DNA from: an uncultured Gammaproteobacteria bacterium
GTDB taxonomy: Bacteria > Patescibacteriota > Microgenomatia > Levybacterales > UBA12049
NCBI GenBank assembly: GCA_964523705.1
Contig: CAZFYA010000001.1
Location: forward strand, 3,388-67,387
DNA: 64,000 nucleotides
Direction of reading: 5' to 3'
The position numbers were made by a program, and so were the translations under genes. The notes below the pieces were generated by a model. It saw nothing but the letters and a program-made list of their open reading frames with translations. It had not been told where the DNA came from and ran no database searches. Shown in pieces: positions 1 to 10,264 of the stretch (position 1 is the stretch's first letter; each line of letters begins with the position of its first letter).

Positions 1-13
1 GAGTGGAGAAGTT

Positions 14-202
14 TTGATTAAACCATGTAAAAAAGATGAGCCAATATATATTGATATGATTGATAGTCCTTACGCATATAATGAAACATTAAAAAATAGT
101 ATCTATCAAAGGGGCATTGATGAAATTAATTTAACAAAACCTAAAACAATAAATAAAAAAACTAAAACTAAAAGGAAATCGCGCTCTAGAAAAAAACATT
201 AG
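14..202 (+). CDS. Small basic hypothetical protein (TTG start, Lys/Arg-rich tail); possibly spurious
   Basis: 62-aa ORF with a non-ATG start and low-complexity K/R tail; its 3' end overlaps the convergent rfbG-like gene; no recognisable motif. Confidence 0.15.
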   Translation: MIKPCKKDEPIYIDMIDSPYAYNETLKNSIYQRGIDEINLTKPKTINKKTKTKRKSRSRKKH

Positions 203-1169
203 CTTTTTTGTACCAACTAATAATTTCCATAAAGGATTTTTTCAAATTATAATTATTTTTCCAGCCTAATTTTTTAATCTTTAAATCGTTTAGGTGCTGA
301 TATGGAATTTCATTTTTTGCTATATTTAAAATCTTATATTTAATTTTTTTACCAATAACTTTTTCTACAGTTTTAATAAGCTCTAATACTGATAATTTAT
401 CTTTAGAAGAAAAATTAAAAGCATTTCCTCTTGTTTTTTCAAATTTCTTAAGTAAAAAAACATATCCACTTACAACATCTTTAACATACAAATAGTCTCT
501 AACATATTTTCCATTGCTTCTTATTTTTAATGTTCTATTTTTTACAACTGCCTCACAGATACCAGGAATAATCCTATTTAGATATAAATCTCCCTCTCCA
601 TAAACGTTTCCAAATCGGGTGATTACAATTGGTAAATTATATGTTTTAATATATGTCTGACAAATTAAATCCATACAAGACTTAGAAACATCATACGGAT
701 GATCTCCCTTAAGGGGAGACTCTTCCGTATATTTTTTAATTGTTTTTCCATATGCTTTATCGGAGGACGCGGCAATCATTCCTTTTATTTTTTTATTTTT
801 TCTTAAAATCTCAAGTAAATTTATTGTTCCGTTAATGTTTGTTTCAAAAGCACTAACAGGATTATCGTATGCTTTTTCAACAATTGGCTCTGCTGCTAAG
901 TGAAAAATGTAATCAGGTGTATATTTTTTAAAGAAATTTTGAAGTTTTTTATTATCTCTTATGTCTATTAATCTTAGGTCTACCTTTTTTTTAAGCTTAT
1001 TTAATGCAAATATTGATTTAGGCTTAATTTTTATATCTATTACCGTAACTTTTGCTCCTAAACCTACTAACTCTTCTACTAAATGACCTCCTATAAACCC
1101 TGCTCCTCCAGTTACCAAAATCTTCTTGTCTTTTATTTCCATATTTTCCATTTTGGATCTTCTTTCCAA
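186..1169 (-). CDS. rfbG: NAD-dependent sugar nucleotide 4,6-dehydratase, CDP-glucose 4,6-dehydratase-like
   Basis: N-terminal Rossmann motif [12 protein letters not shown]; SDKAYG and [10 protein letters not shown] (YxxxK catalytic motif) resemble CDP-glucose 4,6-dehydratases; overlaps the rfbF stop, consistent with a ddhA-ddhB operon. Confidence 0.6.
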   Translation of the reverse strand: MERRSKMENMEIKDKKILVTGGAGFIGGHLVEELVGLGAKVTVIDIKIKPKSIFALNKLKKKVDLRLIDIRDNKKLQNFFKKYTPDYIFHLAAEPIVEKAYDNPVSAFETNINGTINLLEILRKNKKIKGMIAASSDKAYGKTIKKYTEESPLKGDHPYDVSKSCMDLICQTYIKTYNLPIVITRFGNVYGEGDLYLNRIIPGICEAVVKNRTLKIRSNGKYVRDYLYVKDVVSGYVFLLKKFEKTRGNAFNFSSKDKLSVLELIKTVEKVIGKKIKYKILNIAKNEIPYQHLNDLKIKKLGWKNNYNLKKSFMEIISWYKKANVFF

Positions 1170-1909
1170 AGCTTATTTAAAGTATCCATATCGTTGTATG
1201 TATCCATGCAATACCAGAAATCATCATGTGTATAAACGGAAAGTTGTCCTTTTTTAGCCAATCTTTTTAATGCGTCATGTTCATACTCACCCGGATTAAA
1301 ATACTTAAAGGCCTCTCTTTTAAAAACCATAAATCCTCCATTTATTCTTTCTTTTAAAACCGGTTTTTCCATAAAACTTTCTACCCTTGATTTATTATTT
1401 ATTTTTAAAAGACCGTATTTACTTCTTGGGTGTACGCCTGCAACGGTTCCTATTGTTTTTTGTTTTTTATGAAAATTAATTAAATCTTTAATATTAATAT
1501 TTGATACGCCATCCCCATAAGTAACCATAAAGTGCTTATCTTCTTTTGGAATATATTTTTTAAGCTTTAATATTCTTTCGCCAGGAAGGGTATCCTCACC
1601 AGTATCAACAAATGTAATTTTAAAATGATCTGTTTTAGATTTGTCTTTTTTATGAAATTTTGTAAAGCCAGACCTTGTATGAAGAGTGAAATCATGAATA
1701 ATCTGATTTTGATTTAAAAAATACTGCTTTACATAATCACCCTTATACCCAAGCGCAATGATAAAATCATTAAAACCATAATGGGTATAAATCTTCATTA
1801 TGTGCCAGAGAATTGGTTTTCCACCTATATTAACCATTGGCTTTGGTTTAAATTCCGTTTCTTCTTTTAATCTATATCCAATACCTCCAGATAGAATTAT
1901 TGTTTTCAT
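1133..1909 (-). CDS. rfbF: Glucose-1-phosphate cytidylyltransferase
   Basis: Strong match to the RfbF/DdhA N-terminus: MKTIILSGGIGYRLKEETEFKPKPMVNIGGKPILWHIMKIYTHYGFNDFII; size 258 aa. Confidence 0.85.
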   Translation of the reverse strand: MKTIILSGGIGYRLKEETEFKPKPMVNIGGKPILWHIMKIYTHYGFNDFIIALGYKGDYVKQYFLNQNQIIHDFTLHTRSGFTKFHKKDKSKTDHFKITFVDTGEDTLPGERILKLKKYIPKEDKHFMVTYGDGVSNINIKDLINFHKKQKTIGTVAGVHPRSKYGLLKINNKSRVESFMEKPVLKERINGGFMVFKREAFKYFNPGEYEHDALKRLAKKGQLSVYTHDDFWYCMDTYNDMDTLNKLWKEDPKWKIWK

Positions 1910-1965
1910 AAAGTCCTTGCGTGTTTACAAAGATGTTTATATAATAATTAACAAAATAAATCAAC

Positions 1966-3180
1966 ATGGATTGTAAAAACGCGAAAATTAGAATCCCCTA
2001 TGCTTTATCTGTTTACGATGAAAAAGAGATAAAACGAGTAGAAAAAGTACTAAGAGAACACCGGTCCAATATGGGGATTGAAACCCAGGAATTTGAGAAA
2101 AATGTTGCTAAGTATTTTTGTAAAAAATATGGCATTATGGTAAACTCCGGCTCTTCTGCAAATCTTTTAGCACTAGAATTACTAAACTTACCAAAAGGAT
2201 CTGAAATAATAACCCCTATTCTTACTTTTTCAACAACCATCTCTCCGATGATTAAAAAAGGACTTGTCCCAGTTTTTATTGACGTTGAAGAAGGAAAATA
2301 TATAGTTAACGTAGATCAAATTGAAAAGCTGATTACAAAAAAAACTAAAGCCTTAATGATTCCTCTTCTTTTTGGAAATGTACCAGATATGGAAAAATTA
2401 GCAAAAATTGCTAAAAAGCATAATCTTTTCTTTATCGAAGATTCTTGCGACACTCTTGGCGCAAAATATAAGAATAAACCCACAGGAAAATATTCAGATA
2501 TCACAACCACGAGTTTTTTTGGATCGCATATTATTACAGCCGGAGGGAATGGAGGAATGATTATGGTAAATAATCCAAAATGGAGAGATAGACTTAAAGT
2601 ACTTCGCGGTTGGGGAAGAAGCTCTTCTATCTTTAGTGAATCTGAGGATATATCAAAAAGATTTAAAGCTAAACTTGGAAAAATTCCCTACGATGCAAAA
2701 TTTCTTTTTGATGAAATCGGATATAATTTTCTCCCTTGTGAAATTGGTTCAGCCTTCGGCAACGAACAGTTAATAAAATTGCCAAAATTCAGAAAAACAA
2801 GAGAAAAAAATTTCAAAAGATTATGTAATTTCTTTAAGAAATATAATAATTTTTTTATAATCCCCCAGCAGGACAAGTTAGTAAAAACACAATGGCTTGC
2901 GTTTCCTTTAACGATTAAAAAAAATGCTCCTTTTTCAAGAATAGAGATAACGACATATCTTGAAAAAAATAATACGCAAACAAGACCGGTTTTTACAGGA
3001 AACATTTTAAAGCACCCAGGTTTTAAAAAAATACCAAGAAGATTAAACCCTAAAGGATACCCTGTCGCTGATGAAATTACAAAACAAAGTTTTGTAATAG
3101 GCTGCCATCACGGAATGAAAGAAAAACACCTTAATGCACTTGAAAATCTTTTTGATAAATTTTTAGCGAAATATAACTAG
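1966..3180 (+). CDS. rfbH: DegT/DnrJ/EryC1 family PLP/PMP enzyme, likely CDP-6-deoxy-4-keto-glucose 3-dehydrase (E1)
   Basis: DegT-family fold (MVNSGSSANLLALE; SFFGSHIITAGGNGG). His occupies the position of the usual Schiff-base Lys (SFFGSH rather than SFHxxK), as recalled for E1 dehydrases (recollection, not alignment). Divergently adjacent to rfbF/rfbG. Confidence 0.55.
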   Translation: MDCKNAKIRIPYALSVYDEKEIKRVEKVLREHRSNMGIETQEFEKNVAKYFCKKYGIMVNSGSSANLLALELLNLPKGSEIITPILTFSTTISPMIKKGLVPVFIDVEEGKYIVNVDQIEKLITKKTKALMIPLLFGNVPDMEKLAKIAKKHNLFFIEDSCDTLGAKYKNKPTGKYSDITTTSFFGSHIITAGGNGGMIMVNNPKWRDRLKVLRGWGRSSSIFSESEDISKRFKAKLGKIPYDAKFLFDEIGYNFLPCEIGSAFGNEQLIKLPKFRKTREKNFKRLCNFFKKYNNFFIIPQQDKLVKTQWLAFPLTIKKNAPFSRIEITTYLEKNNTQTRPVFTGNILKHPGFKKIPRRLNPKGYPVADEITKQSFVIGCHHGMKEKHLNALENLFDKFLAKYN

Positions 3181-3920
3181 TTTTTTTTATTAAAAACTGC
3201 ATTTCCAAGCCTATATCTTACAAAAATATTTATCGTATCTATAAACATCCAAAATGCTACGTTTATAAAATTAAAATAATTTATAGAGCTTTTTTTTAAA
3301 TTTACATTAATCGGCGCTTCAAAAATTTTTACATATCCTAATTTTTTAGCAATAACTAAAGACTCTATATCGAATGCAAAACCGTTAATTGTAATCTTAG
3401 AAAAGATTTTTTTAGCTATCTCTTTTTTAAATAATTTAAAACCAGCTTGAGTATCCTTAATTTTTAAATCAAATAGCATTTGAATAATAAATCTGTATCC
3501 TTTTGATAAAACTTTTCTAAAAAACGGGTATTTTATTCTAGATTTTGGATGAACTTTACTCCCAACTACGATATCTGCATTGTTCTTATTCATAACAGAC
3601 AACATCGTTGAAATTTCTTTTGGATTTAAATCCATTCCCGCATCCATAAAGCCGACTATTTCTTTACTTGCCTTTTCAACTCCGTATTTAATAGCATACC
3701 CTTTGCCTTTATTTTTTTTATATCCAAAAAGTTTAAAATCAGCTGTTTTTATTTTTTGTGCTTCTTTAAAAGTATTATCATTAAATCCGTCTACCACAAC
3801 AATTATTTCAAAATCAGATGATATCTTTTTTAATGCATTTTTTATTTCTTTAACCTGCTTAATAATTGTTTTTTCTTCTTTATAAGCAGGCACTATAAGG
3901 GAGATTGATTTTGAAGTCAT
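3177..3920 (-). CDS. GT2 polyprenyl-phosphate sugar synthase (Dpm1/GtrB/ArnC-like), soluble type
   Basis: SLIVPAYKEEKTI...VVVDGFNDNT...MDAGMDLNP (DxD)...DTQAGFKLF, typical of dolichyl/undecaprenyl-phosphate glycosyltransferases; 247 aa with no C-terminal TM. Confidence 0.7.
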   Translation of the reverse strand: MTSKSISLIVPAYKEEKTIIKQVKEIKNALKKISSDFEIIVVVDGFNDNTFKEAQKIKTADFKLFGYKKNKGKGYAIKYGVEKASKEIVGFMDAGMDLNPKEISTMLSVMNKNNADIVVGSKVHPKSRIKYPFFRKVLSKGYRFIIQMLFDLKIKDTQAGFKLFKKEIAKKIFSKITINGFAFDIESLVIAKKLGYVKIFEAPINVNLKKSSINYFNFINVAFWMFIDTINIFVRYRLGNAVFNKKN

Positions 3921-3923
3921 AAA

Positions 3924-4475
3924 CTAATCATTATCAGCTAATGCCTTTCTGACTAAATCCCATGAAAATGGTGTTCCGTCAGAAAGTTTTACACCAACTT
4001 CACTAAAAGGTTTTCTTCCTTCTTCTTTAGGATTATACAGGGCTGTTGGAAAATTAAATAGAATTGCCGGTTCCTTTGAGCTAACTAAAAATGCATGATA
4101 TGTATTTTTTGGAATTAATAATAAATATGGATCCTCCAGTGCATTTATTCTAAAAAGATTAACTACATCTTTTGTCTCAGAATTTTCTCTCTTATCTGCG
4201 ATCGCAATTATTACCTCTCCCTGAATTACACCCATTCTGTCTTCCTGAACTGTTGGGTGAAAATGCCAAACATCTTCATCTCTTGCCATGCCTGGTGGGG
4301 TAACTGAATAATACTGCATTGCAAATTCTCTTCCTTTACCGTAAATATCAGGCCAATTGGTTTTTAAAGTCTCAACAAGTACTCCTGAATCATCCTTATT
4401 TACTTTAAGAGGATACATTATTACGTCTTTTATTATTTTTTTTGAGTCTTTATTTTTTAAAGTAATAAATTCCAT
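3924..4475 (-). CDS. RmlC-like cupin sugar-nucleotide 3,5-epimerase
   Basis: 183-aa cupin with WHFHP...QGEVIIAIAD core; sits inside the NDP-sugar module; specificity (dTDP versus CDP substrate) cannot be resolved. Confidence 0.5.
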   Translation of the reverse strand: MEFITLKNKDSKKIIKDVIMYPLKVNKDDSGVLVETLKTNWPDIYGKGREFAMQYYSVTPPGMARDEDVWHFHPTVQEDRMGVIQGEVIIAIADKRENSETKDVVNLFRINALEDPYLLLIPKNTYHAFLVSSKEPAILFNFPTALYNPKEEGRKPFSEVGVKLSDGTPFSWDLVRKALADND

Positions 4476-4518
4476 TACCTGTTAATAATAGCAGACTTGA
4501 GGGATTATTTCCATTAAA

Positions 4519-5838
4519 CTAAAACCTGGAATTACTTGGGGATGCCAAATAATTTTTAATAATTTTAATACTTATATATTCCTTGGCAAAAGTAATTAAT
4601 AAGTAAAAAAGCAATAATAAAGACACTAAAAGTGATACTCCAATTACCTGAAAGAAACTGTTGTGGAAAATATATATTAATGCCACCTGAGCAATAGTTG
4701 TTGCAATTACCGGAATATATACCTTTGTTTTTCCAATTGATAGAAAAAAATTAACACAAACATTAAGGATGCTAAATATTGTCATAAATACTGCAAAAAA
4801 CCCAAGATATGGAACGATACTTAAATAATTTTTGCCTAAAAATATATTAATACTAAGCTCCGGCAGCAAGTAATAAAAAGCGGTTATTAAAACCGAAGGT
4901 AAAGTTACTAAAAATATTGCCAAATAAAAAAGACTAGCTATGTTTTCTCCCTTTTCCTTTCTTTTTACAACCAAAGGAAACATTACTAATGGAATTGAAT
5001 TAGTAAAATAAAAAATTACTCTTCCAATTAATGATAAACCTCCGTAAAGACCTGCCTGGACTGGATTAAAAAAATGCTTTACCAAAATTACATCCATTGT
5101 CATTAATGAAGTAAGTGAAAGTATAGAAAGACAAGCCGGTAAAGCATAAACAACTACTTCCTTTGTTTTAATACTTATTTTTTTATTGTCTTTTATTTTA
5201 AGCAAAGATTTAACGGGAATAAGATAAAGTATAAAAAAGATAATACCGGCAAGTATAATTGCCGTTAGTGCACCGAACACCCTAAAACCCAAAAACACTA
5301 ATACTACTCCGGAAATAAGCCTTACGAAAGCACTGCTAATTAAAGTTATTGCTACAAATGAAAACTTTAATAATCCCTGGGTAAAAGCTCCGCTTGGTAT
5401 ATAAATATAATAAACTACTATAGCAACTCCTGTTAAAACTATATACCAAACATTATCTATTCTTAAAAACTCTTTAATCGGAACAGAAAAAATTAAAAAA
5501 ATAATAAAAAATGCTAATGAAAATATTGCTACAGACTTAAGAGTCTTTTTAAGAAACTTAGAAGCCATTTCTATTTTATTTTGAGAAAAATAACCTGTGG
5601 CAAACTTAACAATAACAGTTGAAATTGATTGAGCCGGAGTTACAGCAATGAGTGTAAAAAGAGAAAGTAAGCTTGCATAAATACCGTAATCCGAAGTTGT
5701 TAAGTTTCTTGCAAAAAAAAGATTTAATATAAAAGCTAAAAAAGCAGAAAAAACAGAGCCTAAAAACATAAAAAAACTGCCTGTAATCAGTTCATGTTTT
5801 AAAAATCTTTTACTAAAATAGGAAATCTTACCTTTCAT
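4519..5838 (-). CDS. Wzx-like oligosaccharide flippase (MOP superfamily polysaccharide biosynthesis protein)
   Basis: 439 aa, about 12-14 predicted TM helices, N-terminal pattern typical of PF01943/PF13440 flippases. Confidence 0.65.
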   Translation of the reverse strand: MKGKISYFSKRFLKHELITGSFFMFLGSVFSAFLAFILNLFFARNLTTSDYGIYASLLSLFTLIAVTPAQSISTVIVKFATGYFSQNKIEMASKFLKKTLKSVAIFSLAFFIIFLIFSVPIKEFLRIDNVWYIVLTGVAIVVYYIYIPSGAFTQGLLKFSFVAITLISSAFVRLISGVVLVFLGFRVFGALTAIILAGIIFFILYLIPVKSLLKIKDNKKISIKTKEVVVYALPACLSILSLTSLMTMDVILVKHFFNPVQAGLYGGLSLIGRVIFYFTNSIPLVMFPLVVKRKEKGENIASLFYLAIFLVTLPSVLITAFYYLLPELSINIFLGKNYLSIVPYLGFFAVFMTIFSILNVCVNFFLSIGKTKVYIPVIATTIAQVALIYIFHNSFFQVIGVSLLVSLLLLFYLLITFAKEYISIKIIKNYLASPSNSRF

Positions 5839-6883
5839 TTAAAACCCTCTTGTACACTTCTACTGTTTCATTAGCAGTTTTTTGCCAGGAGAATTTTTTC
5901 GCTTGCTCTTTTCCTTTTTCTTTTAATTCAACTTGCAGTTTTTCACTATTAAAAACCTTTTTTATTCCGCTTACAATATCATCTTCGCTATATGCGTTAA
6001 CAAAAAACGCCCCGTCTCCTGCGACCTCTTCTAAAGATCCCTCCTTTGATGTAATTACAGGAAGCTCACTTGCCATCGCTTCTAAAACAGGAAGACCAAA
6101 TCCCTCATAAAGAGAAGGCATGGTAAATACTGTTGCCATCTTATAAATTTGAGTTAATTCTTCAGAAGATATAAAACCAAGGCTTGTAATATTTTTATTT
6201 TCTTTTATCAATTCTTGTACTTTAACTAAATCCTTGTTCCAGGGATTTTTTCTATCGTAATCAATTGAGGTTATTGCTTTACCTATCATAACCAAAGGGA
6301 GATTTATCTTTTTAATTGCTCTTAAAAGTCTTGGAAGATTTTTATTCCAGGTTACATCTCCAACATAGAGTGCAAATTTTCCAGGAAGCTTGTGTCTTTC
6401 TCTAATTTCTTTTATTAATTTTTCATTTCTTTTTGAATTAATAAAATTTTCCGCTGCTGCTAAATAAACAACATTTACTTTATACTGATTAACTTTTATA
6501 TGTTTAACAATGTCTTTTTTCGAAGAGTTAGAATCAGTAATAATCGCTTCTGTTTTTAAAAGTGCTGTTTTTTGCATCTGCCACTTAAACCAACCCTTAA
6601 CTCCCTTTGGAAACTGTTTTGGAAAAACAATAGGGGTTAAATCATGAACCGTTACCACCGTTTTGAATCTTTTATATATTGGTCTTGCTAAAAAAAATGG
6701 TTCAAAATATGGAAAATGAACAATATCTACATCAGCTGAAAGTGTCTCTCCCCTATTAAAAAAAACATAAGTATGCTGAGGATAATATTTTACCAGGGCT
6801 TCTTTTAAATTATTTAAATAAAAACCAACTCCTCTAACTCTATGACCTGTATGAAGTGGTGATATATCTATTGCAATTTTCAT
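5828..6883 (-). CDS. GT4 (GT-B fold) glycosyltransferase
   Basis: C-terminal EGFGLPVLEAMASELPVITS motif, the EX7E-type signature of GT4 retaining transferases. Confidence 0.8.
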   Translation of the reverse strand: MKIAIDISPLHTGHRVRGVGFYLNNLKEALVKYYPQHTYVFFNRGETLSADVDIVHFPYFEPFFLARPIYKRFKTVVTVHDLTPIVFPKQFPKGVKGWFKWQMQKTALLKTEAIITDSNSSKKDIVKHIKVNQYKVNVVYLAAAENFINSKRNEKLIKEIRERHKLPGKFALYVGDVTWNKNLPRLLRAIKKINLPLVMIGKAITSIDYDRKNPWNKDLVKVQELIKENKNITSLGFISSEELTQIYKMATVFTMPSLYEGFGLPVLEAMASELPVITSKEGSLEEVAGDGAFFVNAYSEDDIVSGIKKVFNSEKLQVELKEKGKEQAKKFSWQKTANETVEVYKRVLNER

Positions 6884-7857
6884 TAAGACTTTTTCTTACT
6901 ATGCCATTGCCATGCGGATTTCACAATTGTTTCAATATCTGAGTATTGAGGCTTAAAACTTAATTCATTATTTATTTTACTTGGATCCGCAATTAACGTA
7001 TCTGCATCCCCTGGTCTTCTATCAACAATTTCTACTTTAAAATCTTCCCCTGTAACTTTTTTAACCGTATCTGTAATTTCTTTATTAGAATACCCATTTC
7101 CTGTTCCAACATTATAAAAGTAAGAACCAGGGTTTTTAATTAATTTATCTATTGCTAAAACGTGAGCCTCAACTAAATCCAATACGTGAATGTAATCCCT
7201 AACACAAGTCCCATCCTTTGTTTTATAATCTCCACCAAATAACTTGAAGGATCTTTTTTCTAAAACCGCATCTATTACATTAGGAATAATATGAGTTTCC
7301 GGCTCGTGCTGTTCTCCAAGTGATCCATCAAGAGCTGCTCCTGCTGCGTTAAAATACCTTAAGGCAGCAAAACTTAATCCTTTTGTCTTTTCGTACCAGG
7401 ATAATATTTTTTCTACCATTAATTTACTTTCTCCATATGGGTTTTCAGGATTTTTTGGATGATCTTCGGGGATTGGTAGCTTAATAGGATTTCCATAAAC
7501 TCCGGCTGTTGATGAAAAAACAATATTTTTTACCCCATTTTCTACTGCCGTCTGAATAATATTTAACGAACCGAAAGTATTATTTTGAAAATAGACATAG
7601 GGGTTTTCCATTGATTCTCCCATTGAAATATAGCCTGCAAAATGAATAATTGCATCAAACTTTTCTTTCGAAAAAACGCCTTCGAGAAATTTCTTATCTA
7701 AAATATTCCCCTCTTCAAAGCTTGCCCTATTATCTATTACACTTTTATGTCCTCTTTCTAGACTATCAATAATTGTTACATTATCGCCTTTTTCCAAAAG
7801 ACGCCTTACCATAAAGCCTCCAATATACCCAGCACCACCAGTTACTAAAATATTCAT
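6883..7857 (-). CDS. galE: UDP-glucose 4-epimerase
   Basis: [22 protein letters not shown]-terminus, YxxxK (YGESKLMVEK), and GalE-like length of 324 aa. Confidence 0.85.
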   Translation of the reverse strand: MNILVTGGAGYIGGFMVRRLLEKGDNVTIIDSLERGHKSVIDNRASFEEGNILDKKFLEGVFSKEKFDAIIHFAGYISMGESMENPYVYFQNNTFGSLNIIQTAVENGVKNIVFSSTAGVYGNPIKLPIPEDHPKNPENPYGESKLMVEKILSWYEKTKGLSFAALRYFNAAGAALDGSLGEQHEPETHIIPNVIDAVLEKRSFKLFGGDYKTKDGTCVRDYIHVLDLVEAHVLAIDKLIKNPGSYFYNVGTGNGYSNKEITDTVKKVTGEDFKVEIVDRRPGDADTLIADPSKINNELSFKPQYSDIETIVKSAWQWHSKKKS

Positions 7858-8624
7858 AAGATTAAGTATAATATATATGACACAGGAAATCTAAGAGCAG
7901 AAAATAAAGAAAAAACAAAACCAGCCCATAAATCCATAAACCCCTTATGCCTTATAAAGGTTAATAAAAACCAAAATATTGGCTTAATTAATAAATAATC
8001 AAAAAATGAAACGACTTTTAAGAAAATATTTTTCTTCGATTCTTTTTCTTTTATTTCCGCTGCAAATAAATTGTTATATAAATTCCATTTACTTAAATAA
8101 TGTTTAAAGTTTTTATATGGATAATGCAAAAGTGCACTCTTAAAATAACCTACTTTTCCATCTACTTCAGCTTGCTCGTGAACATCTTTTACAGGAAGTC
8201 TGCCTTTTCCTCTTTTATAAAATCTTAAAGTGTAATCAGGATATTGTCCGCCTTTAAGCAAGAACTTATGTATAAACCAATTTTTTCTCGGCATCCAATA
8301 TCCGCTAAATTCCTCACTCTCTTTTTTTAAAACCTCTTTTATCTCTTCTTTTAATTCTTTTGATACATGTTCATCCGCATCCATTTGCAATATCCAATCT
8401 TTAGTTGCCATATCAATAGCCATTTGTTTATTAATATGAAAATTAGGCTTATTAGTAGTTATTTTTACTTTTGCTTTGTACTTTTTTGCAATCTCTATTG
8501 TTTTATCAGTTGATGAACCATCAACAACAATAATCTCATCAGCAATATCTTTTAAACTATCAAGACAAGCGGCGAGATTTTTTTCTTCGTTATAAGTTGC
8601 TAGAACAACAGATAATGATTTCAT
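7854..8624 (-). CDS. GT2 glycosyltransferase, KdtX/LgtF-like
   Basis: LSVVLATYNEEKNLAACLDSL..DEIIVVDGSSTDKTIEIAKKY motif; paralog of 32580..33341 and 34257..35165. Confidence 0.7.
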   Translation of the reverse strand: MKSLSVVLATYNEEKNLAACLDSLKDIADEIIVVDGSSTDKTIEIAKKYKAKVKITTNKPNFHINKQMAIDMATKDWILQMDADEHVSKELKEEIKEVLKKESEEFSGYWMPRKNWFIHKFLLKGGQYPDYTLRFYKRGKGRLPVKDVHEQAEVDGKVGYFKSALLHYPYKNFKHYLSKWNLYNNLFAAEIKEKESKKNIFLKVVSFFDYLLIKPIFWFLLTFIRHKGFMDLWAGFVFSLFSALRFPVSYILYLIL

Positions 8625-8625
8625 A

Positions 8626-10263
8626 TTATGTGAATTTTCTTAATTTTATACTAAATAATACTACTATTGCCAGAAAAGATATAACGGATATCAAATTTGA
8701 AACTTTTCTTAGCTTTGTATCTTCATAAACAACTCTTACGTTATAACTTCCTTTATCTAAGTGAAAAGTCATAATTCCTCTGTATGTCATATTTTGAAAC
8801 TCTACATCAATTGGCTTATTATCAGCCGTTATCTTCCATCCCGGAAAATAAATAGTATTTTCCATAAATAAAGTATTCGTTCTTGCATCAATTTTATACA
8901 CATGCTCTGTGGTAGTTCTTTTTAATTCTAAAATGTCTGCATTACCATCAATAACCTCTAGGTGTGCCTTCGGTCTTTTTTCCATAAATCTAACAGACCA
9001 AATAGGAGAACTCTCCCCTGTATCTGTTGTACTCTCAAAAACACTTGTATAAAAAGACTCCGGTTTTATTAAGTATCCTTTTGGCTTCATATAATTTAAG
9101 CTTAATAAAAAAATAATTATCAACAAGAGTGGTATTATTATTTTTCTTAATTTTCCCTTTAGCAAAGAAACACTTAAAGCGCCAAGAAGAGAGGTAGAAA
9201 ATACAGTAATGGCTAAAAGCCTCCACGGAAATTGAAAGTTTTGCAAAACCATAATATTTCTCCAAATAAAATCAGATTCTTTTAACATCATAAATATTGC
9301 CACAAGCGAATACACTAATCCTCCTAAGAATAAATAGTAATTATCTTTTCTTTTCTTAAAAGAATAAAAAACAATAATTAAAGAGAAAACAATCGCTAAC
9401 CAATGAATCAAACCAAGCTGAAGAGTAAATTCTCCGGATTGACCATAACTCCATGGTCCATAAATTAAAGATTTAAAATCAACAAAGCGATTTACATATG
9501 TCCCTGAAGTTAGAACATTTCTTAAGGTATATTTTCCCTCAAAAAATGCAGGAACCCAAAAAAACGAAGATAAAGTAAAACCTAGTATGATTGAAAATCC
9601 TAATTTTACAATATATGATTTTTTAAATTTTAATTTTGACCAAAGAAAAATTCCATAAAATATTATAAAGGGCAAAAAGATTAAACTTAGAGCATTATGA
9701 GATAAAACCAAAAAAGCAAAAGATATTCCTAGAAATATCGAGTAAATATAATTTTCTTTCTTAAATAATTTATAAGTAAAATATAAAACCAAAGGTAACC
9801 AAATAAATGCAAAATTTTCCCCTATTGCTCCCCTAACATAAAGATCGACAAATCTATAGGGGGCATAGACATAAAGAACAGCACCAAAAACAGAAGCATC
9901 TTTTTTTAAAAATTGAGACAACCAAAGATACATAAAAATTCCTGATAGAAAAAAACCAAGCGCAAAAATAATTTTCGTTGAATCAACAAAATTAAAACCT
10001 ATTAAATGAAAAAATGAAGCAAAATATGAAGGTAGCGGATATAAAAACATTAAAATAGGATGCCCATATCCCCAATTAAGATTTCCTGCCCAACGAGGAA
10101 TAATATTCCCCTCAGATAAACTCTGATAAAAGTTAGCTATTCTTGCTACATGATCTCTTCCATCATGAGTATATGGTAATCCTTGATTTAACAACGAAAT
10201 AAGCGGAATAAGTAAAAATAAGACTAATACAATAAGCAAAAATTTGTTTTTAAACTTAGTCAT
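8626..10263 (-). CDS. Polytopic membrane protein, YfhO-related GT-C-like (family C, HD...FPxRW motif)
   Basis: 545 aa. N-terminal YTHDGRDHVARIANFYQSL...IPRWAGNLNWGYGHPILMFLYPL; C-terminal YFPGWKITADNKPIDVEF beta-sandwich motif shared with YfhO proteins; paralog of 37322..38803 and 39331..40860. Confidence 0.5.
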   Translation of the reverse strand: MTKFKNKFLLIVLVLFLLIPLISLLNQGLPYTHDGRDHVARIANFYQSLSEGNIIPRWAGNLNWGYGHPILMFLYPLPSYFASFFHLIGFNFVDSTKIIFALGFFLSGIFMYLWLSQFLKKDASVFGAVLYVYAPYRFVDLYVRGAIGENFAFIWLPLVLYFTYKLFKKENYIYSIFLGISFAFLVLSHNALSLIFLPFIIFYGIFLWSKLKFKKSYIVKLGFSIILGFTLSSFFWVPAFFEGKYTLRNVLTSGTYVNRFVDFKSLIYGPWSYGQSGEFTLQLGLIHWLAIVFSLIIVFYSFKKRKDNYYLFLGGLVYSLVAIFMMLKESDFIWRNIMVLQNFQFPWRLLAITVFSTSLLGALSVSLLKGKLRKIIIPLLLIIIFLLSLNYMKPKGYLIKPESFYTSVFESTTDTGESSPIWSVRFMEKRPKAHLEVIDGNADILELKRTTTEHVYKIDARTNTLFMENTIYFPGWKITADNKPIDVEFQNMTYRGIMTFHLDKGSYNVRVVYEDTKLRKVSNLISVISFLAIVVLFSIKLRKFT

Positions 10264-10264
10264 C

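Noticed and set aside
2013-3885. Short ORFs antisense or frame-shifted inside rfbH and the GT2 gene (2013-2240, 2316-2510, 2688-3005, 3580-3885)
   Set aside because: Fully nested in well-supported genes, hydrophobic low-complexity products typical of shadow ORFs in AT-rich DNA.
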